Origin: an uncultured Planctomycetia bacterium
GTDB lineage: Bacteria > Omnitrophota > Gorgyraeia > Tantalellales > Tantalellaceae
NCBI GenBank assembly: GCA_964572255.1
Contig: CAZNEE010000001.1
Coordinates: 395,587 to 459,586, forward strand
Length of the DNA stretch: 64,000 nucleotides
Direction: 5' to 3'
Below the pieces are notes generated by a model. It was not told where the DNA came from and did not search any database. It saw only the letters and a list, made by a program, of their open reading frames with translations. Numbering within the stretch: the stretch's first letter is position 1; each line of letters begins with the position of its first letter. Of this stretch, positions 47,516 to 56,220 are shown piece by piece. The translations under genes were made by a program, and so were the position numbers.

Positions 47516-49372
47516 ATGCATACACGTCGCGAAAATATATTAATCATTCTCATTCTTTTTACCGCTTGCGTTGTAACGTATCTGGCATCGGTCAATTTCG
47601 GGTTTATCTGGGATGACGAGTATTTAGTCGTCAATAACGCTCTTATCAGAGCTCCTTTATGGTCGTTCCAGCCGTTCAAGCAGGACATAATAAATTCGAA
47701 TTTTGTCTACACGATATACTATCGGCCCCTCCAGATATTAAGTTACGCTGTTGATTACCGCATTTGGGGGCTATCGCCGTTCGGGTTTCATCTTTCGAAT
47801 ATTTTATTTCATTTTTTGAACGGGCTGCTCGTTTTTGCGCTCACCTTTAAACTCACGGATAAAAAAGACATAGCGGCCCTTACGGCGATCTTTTTCCTGG
47901 TGTATCCGCTGCACGCGGGAGCCGTATCATACGTTTCGGGGAGAGCGGACCTGGTGTCATTCTTTTTCGGGTTTTTATTTTTTATTTTCTTTTTGCTTTT
48001 TAAAGAGAAGGGGAAGATCGGTCTATTCGCGGGCAGTGTGATCTTTCTCTTGGCCGCCGTTCTGAGCAAGGAAATAGCTCTTATATTTCCGGTACTGCTT
48101 CTTCTGGCGGATTATATCATGCTTAAGGGGAAGTACAGGTTCAGGATCATCCATCACGTGCCGAATTTTATTTTAGCCGCTTCTTATATTTTCCTTCATC
48201 ACGCCCTTTTCAGCGGAAGATATTCACCGCTGTTAAAAGGCGGCTTTTTAAAAAAGGCCCTTGATTACTTCACCATGACAGGAGAATTTTTTCTTCTTAG
48301 CTTTGCTCCCGTAAATCTCTACATGCGGCGGGAGATCCACATGACCTCTTTCGAGCTGGCAGGACTGATGATCCTTTTAGGCATCATCTTTTTTCTCATG
48401 TTCCGTTTTAAAGACATCAGGAGGATATCCTTTTTCGGTATCATGTTTTTCGCAGCGGCGCTTATTCCTCTTGTATTTGTCATGGATCATTTCGGCGTTT
48501 TCGCGGAACACTGGATGTATGTTGCCAGTTACGGCGTATTTCTTCTTATCTCCGCGGTCTTGATAAGGCTTTTCCGGCAAAAAAATGTTTTCCAAAAAGT
48601 ATTAGCGGTCGCTTTAATTTTGTTTTTAATATTTTTTCACGCTTCCGGAACGGTCGGCCAGGTTGCTCACTGGAGGGATGATGTCGCCTTGAGCGACCTG
48701 ATTCTCGCCTCTTCCGGAAAGGATTCGGCCGCCGTGTTCTACAAGGCAGCTTCTTTTATGAGAAATAGATCGCCTTTGCGGTCGATAGAGTTGATGGATG
48801 AATATGTCGGACAAAGCCCCTCGGATCTCAGAACGCTTTATATAAGAGGAAGGCTTAATTTGGCGGCGGGGAACACGGAAAAAGCGGTTAAGGATTTTAA
48901 AAGAGCGATCGAGATAAATCCTCTTTACGATAATGGGCATTTGGGCATGGCATACGCGTCTTTTATTTATGGCGATGATGAAAAGGGGATAAGTTATCTG
49001 GAACGCGTAATTGAAATAAACCCGAAGCACAGAGAGGCGCTTTTGGTCTTGAGCACGGCATACTCTTCGGCGGGCGAGAATGAAAAGGCCCTGGAGGCGG
49101 CTGAAAAAGCTAAAAAAATGAATCCTTATGATTACAACGCCATTGTGAATTTGGGCACCGCGTATTCACGCATGGGGGGCCTGCAGGAAGCGGCGACACT
49201 TTATTTAAAAGCTATTGATCTTTATCCGGAAAGGCCCGTTCCATATTATAACCTGGGCTATGTTTTTTATCTGGGAGGGGAGAAAGAAGAAGCTGAGATA
49301 TATCTTCGGAAGGCTTTGGAAATAGACCCCAATTTCCGGCAGGCGATCGAGCTGTTAAACAAACTAAAATGA
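47516..49372 (+). CDS. TMTC-like GT-C membrane glycosyltransferase with C-terminal TPRs
   Basis: FIWDD, YYRPL, FHLSNILFH, AVSYVSGRAD, LSKE, AEHWMY; multiple TMs then TPR repeats. Confidence 0.8.
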   Translation: MHTRRENILIILILFTACVVTYLASVNFGFIWDDEYLVVNNALIRAPLWSFQPFKQDIINSNFVYTIYYRPLQILSYAVDYRIWGLSPFGFHLSNILFHFLNGLLVFALTFKLTDKKDIAALTAIFFLVYPLHAGAVSYVSGRADLVSFFFGFLFFIFFLLFKEKGKIGLFAGSVIFLLAAVLSKEIALIFPVLLLLADYIMLKGKYRFRIIHHVPNFILAASYIFLHHALFSGRYSPLLKGGFLKKALDYFTMTGEFFLLSFAPVNLYMRREIHMTSFELAGLMILLGIIFFLMFRFKDIRRISFFGIMFFAAALIPLVFVMDHFGVFAEHWMYVASYGVFLLISAVLIRLFRQKNVFQKVLAVALILFLIFFHASGTVGQVAHWRDDVALSDLILASSGKDSAAVFYKAASFMRNRSPLRSIELMDEYVGQSPSDLRTLYIRGRLNLAAGNTEKAVKDFKRAIEINPLYDNGHLGMAYASFIYGDDEKGISYLERVIEINPKHREALLVLSTAYSSAGENEKALEAAEKAKKMNPYDYNAIVNLGTAYSRMGGLQEAATLYLKAIDLYPERPVPYYNLGYVFYLGGEKEEAEIYLRKALEIDPNFRQAIELLNKLK

Positions 49373-49395
49373 GCATGTCAAGTTAGCACTCTTTC

Positions 49396-49424
49396 TTGAC
49401 ATTATATTAGCCATATGATACTCT
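49396..49424 (+). promoter_or_regulatory. Putative promoter for pilMNOPQ
   Basis: TTGACA, 17-bp spacer, TGn-TACTCT. Confidence 0.55.
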
Positions 49425-49497
49425 TAATTGAAATATATACTATTATTTTTAATTATTTTATGAGTTTTCGCATTAGACACATATACCCTGATTGAAT

Positions 49498-50523
49498 ATG
49501 ATCGTTAAATTTGGCCAAAAAACCCAGGAATCTGTAGGGCTCGATATAGGGGACTATTCTATCAAGGTAAGTTCCATCAAAAAAGAAGCCGACAGGAACA
49601 TTCTTACCTCATATAATTTAAAAAAGATCCCCCCGGAAGGAAACAAGGCGGAGAAACTTTCTCAGCTGATCAAAGAGACGCTGGATGAAGTGGGGGTTGC
49701 CCCGGAAGACGTGAATTTCTCTGTGTCGGGCTCTGATGTTATAGTGAGATTCATCGATCTTCCCAAGATGACCAAAGAACAGCTGGACAATTCAATGGCT
49801 TATGAGGCCGAAAAATATATACCGTTTAACGTGAATGAAGTGGTAATGGATTCGGTGATACTCGGACGGGCTTCAGAAGCGGGGCAGATGAGGGTCCTTC
49901 TTGCGGCGGTGAAGAAAGATTATCTCGAATCAAGGATCAAAGTGGTGGATAAGCTCGGCTTCGGGGTCAATGTAGTGGATATAGATCCTTTTGCCGAGTT
50001 CAATGCTTTTTTAGCCGCGAAGAACAATCTCCCCAAGGATAAAGGGACCGCCTTTTTTGATTTCGGGCATACGCATACCAATATGCTGATATCCATAGGC
50101 GAAGCCCCGTGTTTCATGAGGCAGATACAGATAGGCGGCGCGGACATAACAAATACGATAGCGGAGGACCTGGGGATCTCCGCTAAAGAAGCCGAAGAAT
50201 TGAAGACCAAAAGCGATGAAGAGACGAAAAATAAAGTCTCCCGGTCAACTTTTTCGGTTCTCGATGAACTTATCAAGGAGATGCAGCTTTCATTCGGCTA
50301 TTTTGAGAACAGGTTCAATGAGCCCATCGGCAACTTTTATTGTTCCGGGGGGCAGACATACCAGCAGGGAGTTATTGAATATATACAGGAAAAGGTCGGT
50401 GCTAAAGTGGACAGATGGGACCCGACTGCCGGAATGGTCTTGGCCGAAGACCTTTCAAAAGAAGCGGTCAGTTCCATCGGCTCTCAGCTTGCGGTAAGTA
50501 TCGGATTAGCATTAAGAGGTTGA
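49498..50523 (+). CDS. pilM: Type IV pilus assembly protein PilM
   Basis: VGLDIG, EAEKYIPF, VLLAAVKK, SGG, IGLALR. Confidence 0.92.
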   Translation: MIVKFGQKTQESVGLDIGDYSIKVSSIKKEADRNILTSYNLKKIPPEGNKAEKLSQLIKETLDEVGVAPEDVNFSVSGSDVIVRFIDLPKMTKEQLDNSMAYEAEKYIPFNVNEVVMDSVILGRASEAGQMRVLLAAVKKDYLESRIKVVDKLGFGVNVVDIDPFAEFNAFLAAKNNLPKDKGTAFFDFGHTHTNMLISIGEAPCFMRQIQIGGADITNTIAEDLGISAKEAEELKTKSDEETKNKVSRSTFSVLDELIKEMQLSFGYFENRFNEPIGNFYCSGGQTYQQGVIEYIQEKVGAKVDRWDPTAGMVLAEDLSKEAVSSIGSQLAVSIGLALRG

Positions 50524-50528
50524 TAGTA

Positions 50529-50576
50529 GTAAGCGGATTACGCGAAAGGTATCCACTATTCGCGTAGCCCACTCAC
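50529..50576. repeat. Imperfect intergenic palindrome between pilM and pilN
   Basis: GTAAGCGGATTACGCGAA / TTCGCGTAGCCCACTCAC arms (14/18), loop AGGTATCCACTA, no U-tract. Confidence 0.6.
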
Positions 50577-50591
50577 AACATATAACGAATT

Positions 50592-51263
50592 ATGATAGAG
50601 ATAAATTTACTGCCGAAAGAACTCAGGAAAAAGAAGAAGAAAGCGAAAGAGGTTTCGGTTTCCTCTATTTCTCTGCCGGTTTTTGAGGCGCAGATCCTGC
50701 CGATATGCGCGGGCGTGATAGGCCTTTTTATCTCGCTCAATATCATCGTGTCGTTCTTGACCGGCGTCAACAATTTCAGGGCCGCGAGGATGGGGTCCAC
50801 GTGGACCGAACTCCAGCCTCAAAAAGAAATAATGGATAGAATGAAAAAAGAGAGAGGCGAGCTTGAAATAAAATTGGGGCTGGCCAACAAGGTCAGCAAT
50901 CCTTATGTCCAATGGACGCGATTGCTCAGCGGGCTTAATCAGTCGGTGATCCCCGGAATTTGGCTAGAGTCTTTCAAACCGGTTTTTCCCGCGGCAGGCA
51001 GGAAGGGCAGCGCGGAGAGCGCTAAATTCCCCACAATGCTTAAACTTAACGGGTATGCTTTAGGGGAGAGCGAGGTGGCGACCGCGACCGTCGCGAGATT
51101 CATAAACAGCCTCAAGAGCAATGAAGATTTTTCCACGTTTTTTGATGATATCGAGATGCAGGATATACGGAGCAAAGTGATGGACGGCAAGGAAGCCATG
51201 CAGTTCGATATTTTGTGTAGATTTAAACCAAGGGGAACGGCCCCCGCGGCCGGGAAAAGGTAA
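50592..51263 (+). CDS. pilN: PilN
   Basis: INLLP motif, TM, coiled coil, IWL. Confidence 0.88.
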   Translation: MIEINLLPKELRKKKKKAKEVSVSSISLPVFEAQILPICAGVIGLFISLNIIVSFLTGVNNFRAARMGSTWTELQPQKEIMDRMKKERGELEIKLGLANKVSNPYVQWTRLLSGLNQSVIPGIWLESFKPVFPAAGRKGSAESAKFPTMLKLNGYALGESEVATATVARFINSLKSNEDFSTFFDDIEMQDIRSKVMDGKEAMQFDILCRFKPRGTAPAAGKR

Positions 51264-51265
51264 AA

Positions 51266-51880
51266 ATGGCGAATATAAATCCGGGCCTGGATGAGCTTAC
51301 GGAAAAAATTCAGGTGTTTCTCAGCGATGAGAAACACAGGACCTATACGATTATCGGCGGAACTGTCCTCATAGCGGTATTTTACACCATGTTCGCCGTT
51401 ATCCCCGGCATAGGCAGGCTGTCGGAAGCTTCCGGAAAAGCCGGTGTTCTAAAGAAAAAGATCAATATCGTCAGAAAACATGCCGCGCAAATGAATAATT
51501 TCCAGGCTCAGCTTGAAACGCTCAAAACGCGCGACAAAAGCTATGCCAAGCAGTTCTCCGATAAAAAAGAAACAACGGTTCTCCTGGAAGAGTTCGCCCA
51601 GATGGCGCGGAAATATGATGTTGATATAGTGAGCATCACCCCTTTAGAACCGGCGAAACCGGCCCAACAGGCGGATAAAACAAAACAATATTTTGAGGAG
51701 ATGCCGCTTCTTATAACGGCTAAAAGCGGGTATCACCAGCTCGCGCATTTCGTGAACGATCTTGAAAGCGGGAGCCGCCTCATAACTGTCGAGGATCTTG
51801 AGATAACCGATGATAAGAAGAATGCCTGGCGGCATAACGTAAGAATCGTTTTAAAAACATATATTGCGGCGAGCCTATAA
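51266..51880 (+). CDS. pilO: PilO
   Basis: TM, coiled coil, GYHQLAHFVNDLE...RLI. Confidence 0.88.
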   Translation: MANINPGLDELTEKIQVFLSDEKHRTYTIIGGTVLIAVFYTMFAVIPGIGRLSEASGKAGVLKKKINIVRKHAAQMNNFQAQLETLKTRDKSYAKQFSDKKETTVLLEEFAQMARKYDVDIVSITPLEPAKPAQQADKTKQYFEEMPLLITAKSGYHQLAHFVNDLESGSRLITVEDLEITDDKKNAWRHNVRIVLKTYIAASL

Positions 51881-51881
51881 T

Positions 51882-52244
51882 ATGAAAGCAGCAAGTACAA
51901 TATTGATCATTTTATTTTTATGCCCGGCGGTTGTTCTTGCCGGCAAAGAAGTCCCCGCGGAGAAATTCAAGTATAATTCGTACGGACGGAGGGATCCCTT
52001 TGTTCCTCTTGTCGGCATAAAAGAGCGCAGAGGGACAGGAGGGGTCGCGAGCATCCTTACGGTGGAGGATATTTCGCTTCAAGGGATCCTGACAAATCCT
52101 GACGGGACAAAAAGCGTTGTTATAAACGGCGATATAATGAAAGAAGGAGATCAGATAGAACGCCTGAAAGTCGTGCAGATAGGCGAAAATTCCGTGAAAG
52201 TAGAACTTAATGACACAAATTACGATCTAAAACTGTATAAATAG
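51882..52244 (+). CDS. pilP: PilP-like protein
   Basis: Signal peptide, RRDPFVP, LQGI...VING...EGD. Confidence 0.75.
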   Translation: MKAASTILIILFLCPAVVLAGKEVPAEKFKYNSYGRRDPFVPLVGIKERRGTGGVASILTVEDISLQGILTNPDGTKSVVINGDIMKEGDQIERLKVVQIGENSVKVELNDTNYDLKLYK

Positions 52245-52263
52245 ATCACAAAAGGGGGAGGGT

Positions 52264-53883
52264 ATGGTTACCACTAGAACAAATGCGGCAATAAAGATCC
52301 TGAGCGTTATTCTTGTTTTCGTTTTCGCGACTTTCAATATCGAAAGCTGCGCGTTTGCCCAGAGCGAGGGTTCCGCGGGGCAGATGCAGCCGGACATGCC
52401 GAAACCGGGCAATGTCACCGTGAACTTCAAGGACGTCGATATTTTATCCGTCCTCAACTATCTTTCGGAAGTAAGCGGTGTGGATATTGTCCCGTCACCC
52501 GGCGTCGATGCCGTGGTCACGATGAAATTGAGGGATAAACCCTGGGAAGTCGCGCTGGATATCGTGACAAGGAATTATGGTTACGTTTATTCTCGCGAGG
52601 GGAATATAATCCGCGTTGTTCCGAAAAGCAAACTGCAGATGGAAGAAGCTATTACGGAGGTTATTCCTCTGAACTATGTTGTTGAGGATACCGAGGGCAA
52701 GGAAAAGAATATAACGAAACTAATGGAAGCGGTTACATATATCATTGACGAGAGGGCAGGCGAAAAGGCGACTTTTCTTCCGAGTGCGAACGCTATGGTA
52801 GTGACAACTATTCCCACGAGAATGACCGCTATAAAAGAGATGGTGAATAAGGTCGATAAGAAAACGCCGCAGATCATGCTGGAAGCGAAGGTCATAGAGA
52901 TCACACTGGACAGGAACGATCAGTTCGGCGTGGATTGGAATGCCGTTGTTACTGCTGCGGGCGCTCAAAGGCCAACTACTTTTCCTTTCACGAATACTGG
53001 TATTTTAAATTTTTTACCTGGAGAACAAAGAAGATATTTTCCAACTGATACAACGGGTATCGACAGTGCCGTTTTTCCTCTTACGGATACCACCCCGATA
53101 AGTGCAGTTACGGTTGCAGAATATTTTCAATATGGCACTCTTGATTTCAGCACTTTTACTGCAACACTCAGACTCATTGATGAATGGGATAATACGAACA
53201 TCATATCAAGCCCCAGAATTACAACATTGAACAACCAAACTGCCGTAATAAAAGTCATAACCAATTTATACCTACAGAAGCAGCAGAAAACTACAGATAC
53301 AGCAACGACGGTTACCGTTGAATTCGAAAAAGATCCAAGAGAAATTGGTGTTATTCTTGAAGTTACCCCTCACGTTAATGATAGAGGTGAGATAGCAGTA
53401 AATCTTAAACCGGAAGTTTCCAGTGACATCACCTTTCAGACATTAGAAGTGCAAGGCGGCAATCAAACCCAAGCTTTAAGGTATAACACCAGATCCGCAG
53501 ATACTCAGATAATGGTTAAAGACGGAGAGACTATTTTTATTGGTGGCCTTATAAGCGAGACGATCACAAAAGAGGACCATAAGCTTCCTATTTTGGGCGA
53601 TCTTTTCGGGGGGATACCGGTTATTGGCAGTGCCTTCAAGTACGAACAGGATAATAAAGATAAAACTGAAGTTGTTTTCTTTGTTACTGTCCATTTGTTA
53701 AAAGACGGTGTACATTCAATAAAAGCATCAGATACAGTTGATGAGTATAATAAGCATTTTCCGAAGAAAGAGCCCATTATACTGCAGGGGCAAGTAAAGT
53801 CTGTAGAGCATCAGGAAGAGATAGCAGTAGCCGCGGCGGAAGAAAAAAAATATAAACCGTTTTTGGATTTCAGGAAAAAATAA
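52264..53883 (+). CDS. pilQ: Secretin PilQ/GspD family
   Basis: QIMLEAKVIE, GVDW, SPRITTLNN, LEVTPHVN, DGETIFIGGL, PILGD. Confidence 0.9.
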   Translation: MVTTRTNAAIKILSVILVFVFATFNIESCAFAQSEGSAGQMQPDMPKPGNVTVNFKDVDILSVLNYLSEVSGVDIVPSPGVDAVVTMKLRDKPWEVALDIVTRNYGYVYSREGNIIRVVPKSKLQMEEAITEVIPLNYVVEDTEGKEKNITKLMEAVTYIIDERAGEKATFLPSANAMVVTTIPTRMTAIKEMVNKVDKKTPQIMLEAKVIEITLDRNDQFGVDWNAVVTAAGAQRPTTFPFTNTGILNFLPGEQRRYFPTDTTGIDSAVFPLTDTTPISAVTVAEYFQYGTLDFSTFTATLRLIDEWDNTNIISSPRITTLNNQTAVIKVITNLYLQKQQKTTDTATTVTVEFEKDPREIGVILEVTPHVNDRGEIAVNLKPEVSSDITFQTLEVQGGNQTQALRYNTRSADTQIMVKDGETIFIGGLISETITKEDHKLPILGDLFGGIPVIGSAFKYEQDNKDKTEVVFFVTVHLLKDGVHSIKASDTVDEYNKHFPKKEPIILQGQVKSVEHQEEIAVAAAEEKKYKPFLDFRKK

Positions 53884-53898
53884 ATTCAAACTCCTCCT

Positions 53899-54234
53899 AT
53901 GAATATCCGCTATGAAGCAGTCTTCCATAAGAAGGGAGATATGAAATATATCTCCCATCTGGATCTCATGAAACTTTTTCGCAGGGCGATGAGAAGAACG
54001 GATCTCCCCGTTGTCCTCACGAAAGGGTTCACTCCGAGAGTCAAGATCAGCATACCTAAAGCGCTTAAGCTGGGCGCTGAAAGCGATAATGAGAACATGT
54101 CCTTGTGGATGACCGAAAAGATAGAACCTGAGCGGGTACAAAAAACCATAAACGCCGAACTGCCCAACGGCATAAAAATACTGATACTGGGGACGTCCTA
54201 TTCAGGGACACCCCTAAGCACAGAAAAAGAATAA
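53899..54234 (+). CDS. TIGR03936-family radical SAM-linked protein (short)
   Basis: KKGDMKYISHLD, RAMRR, TKGFTPR, LPNGI. Confidence 0.85.
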   Translation: MNIRYEAVFHKKGDMKYISHLDLMKLFRRAMRRTDLPVVLTKGFTPRVKISIPKALKLGAESDNENMSLWMTEKIEPERVQKTINAELPNGIKILILGTSYSGTPLSTEKE

Positions 54235-54269
54235 TTTTGCGGGTTTTTATATATTTTAGAAAGGCATAA

Positions 54270-55817
54270 ATGCATACGAGAAGATCAGGAGCAAAAGAAC
54301 ATAAAAAGACGGGCAAAGAAGTCATTGTAAATGTAGGCCCCGTTGAGAAACGGATCGCGCTTTTAGCTGACGGAAAATTGGCGGATTTTTTCATGGAACG
54401 GGAAGGGATCGAGCAGCACGCCGGAAGCATTTATAAGGGGAAAGTGAGCTCGATCATACCCGGCATCGAAGCCGCTTTTGTCGATATAGGGCATAAGAAG
54501 AACGCGTTTCTTCATGTAAGCGATGTCGTGGATAAAAGTTCAGTGCTTAAGGAGATACTTCCGGATGAAGATGAGCCGGTCATACAGGTACAAAAAAAAG
54601 GGAAACAGCCCAGGATACAGGATATCCTGAAAACCGGCCAGGAGATCATGGTGCAGATCGTAAAGGAATCCATCGGCACAAAAGGGGCGAGGGTGACATC
54701 ATACATAAGTATTCCGGGCAGGTATCTGGTCCTCACGCCTTTTGACGGAGGATTCGGAGTCTCGCGGCGCATAGGAAACAGAGAAGAACGGAAACGGATC
54801 AGGGAAATATTGACCAAGATAAAAGCCCCCTCCGATGTGGGATGTATAGTCAGGACGGTCGCGGAGAACAGGTCCGAAAAAGAGCTTAAAGACGAGTTCA
54901 GATATCTTCTGAATCTGTGGGAAAGGGTCAGGAACAGAGAGAAACGCCAGCCGGCGCCTGCCATGATCTATGAAGAATACGGTATTATACTCAGGATGAT
55001 ACGCGACCGTTTTACCGAAGACATAAGCCAGTTCATAGTTGATTCAAAAGACGAGTATAACCGCATCATCAAATTTCTCAAAGCTTTCATGCCGTCGCTC
55101 AGGCAGAAAGTGAAGTTATATAACGGTAAAGTCCCCCTTTTTCAGAAATATGATATAGAAAAAGAAGTGGACATGATATTCGAGAGGAAGATCCCTCTTA
55201 AGAGCGGGGGGTATCTCGTTATTGAACAAACGGAAGGCCTTGTTGCTATCGATGTAAACACCGGAAGCTATACCGGGAAAAAGGGCTTGGAATACACCGC
55301 TTTCAGGACCAACATTGAAGCGGCGGAAGAGATACCGAGACAATTGCTTTTAAGGGATGTCGGCGGGATAATCATCATTGATTTCATTGATATGGAAGAG
55401 AAACATCACCGTGATAAAGTTTTCGAAAAACTCCAGGAAAACCTGCGCGGCGATAAAGCAAGGATAAATGTAAGAGGCATATCCCAGTTCGGCATAGTCG
55501 AGATGACGCGCCAGAGGCAGAGAAAAAGCATAGAAAGCACTTCCCACATCGAATGCCCTTATTGCGGGGGAAAGGGTTCGGTAAAGAGCTCAGAGACAAT
55601 AGCCATTGAAACGGCGAGAGAGGTCGATAAAGTGCTTTCAAAAAGCGCCAAGAAACATAAACATATAACTGTTACGATGCATCCGCATATTCACGCGGTA
55701 CTGGTGTCGGATCAGGCAAGGGTATTGCGTGACATACAGAGAAAATACCGCTGCAAGATAGATCTTAGGGAAGACAGATTATTGCATGTCGAGGATGTTA
55801 TAATAGAAGAAGCATAA
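54270..55817 (+). CDS. rng: Ribonuclease E/G family (Rng-like)
   Basis: IYKGKV, AAFVDIG, IDVNTG, GGIIIIDFIDM, EMTRQR, CPYC.G.G. Confidence 0.93.
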   Translation: MHTRRSGAKEHKKTGKEVIVNVGPVEKRIALLADGKLADFFMEREGIEQHAGSIYKGKVSSIIPGIEAAFVDIGHKKNAFLHVSDVVDKSSVLKEILPDEDEPVIQVQKKGKQPRIQDILKTGQEIMVQIVKESIGTKGARVTSYISIPGRYLVLTPFDGGFGVSRRIGNREERKRIREILTKIKAPSDVGCIVRTVAENRSEKELKDEFRYLLNLWERVRNREKRQPAPAMIYEEYGIILRMIRDRFTEDISQFIVDSKDEYNRIIKFLKAFMPSLRQKVKLYNGKVPLFQKYDIEKEVDMIFERKIPLKSGGYLVIEQTEGLVAIDVNTGSYTGKKGLEYTAFRTNIEAAEEIPRQLLLRDVGGIIIIDFIDMEEKHHRDKVFEKLQENLRGDKARINVRGISQFGIVEMTRQRQRKSIESTSHIECPYCGGKGSVKSSETIAIETAREVDKVLSKSAKKHKHITVTMHPHIHAVLVSDQARVLRDIQRKYRCKIDLREDRLLHVEDVIIEEA

Positions 55818-55818
55818 T

Positions 55819-56220
55819 ATGCAGAATAATAAAGGTATAACGCTTATTGAAGTTGTAGTATCAATAGCTCTGGCAGCTGTGGTGATAGTTTCTGTCCTTG
55901 TCGTTGTCGCCCAGAACGCTACTTTTTCCGTTAGGATAGATTTGGTTTATGATTGCGCTAACCTTGCCAGAAAACAGATAGATGATCTTAAGCGTTACAA
56001 TTTTAGAGATCTCGACAGAGCGGCTGAAGTGAATACACGTGTTGATGAAGAGGGGCAACCTGACATCAGCGGTAATTATTATAGAACAACAGCGATCACA
56101 GAGGACTACGGCGGAAATGATTATCTTACAAAGGTGAAGGTGAGTGTGGATAAGATAATAGACGAGAAGGCTTCCGGCCATCCGGTTATTATAGAGACAT
56201 TATTTGCGGATGTAGACTGA
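55819..56220 (+). CDS. Minor pilin, PilV/GspI-like
   Basis: KG/ITLIEVVVS prepilin motif; C-terminal KVKVSV. Confidence 0.8.
   Translation: MQNNKGITLIEVVVSIALAAVVIVSVLVVVAQNATFSVRIDLVYDCANLARKQIDDLKRYNFRDLDRAAEVNTRVDEEGQPDISGNYYRTTAITEDYGGNDYLTKVKVSVDKIIDEKASGHPVIIETLFADVD

Noticed and set aside
39891-53883. Type II secretion system rather than type IV pilus
   Set aside because: PilT with AIRxxIRE and a PilMNOP set favour a retractile T4a-like pilus; a secretion role is not excluded
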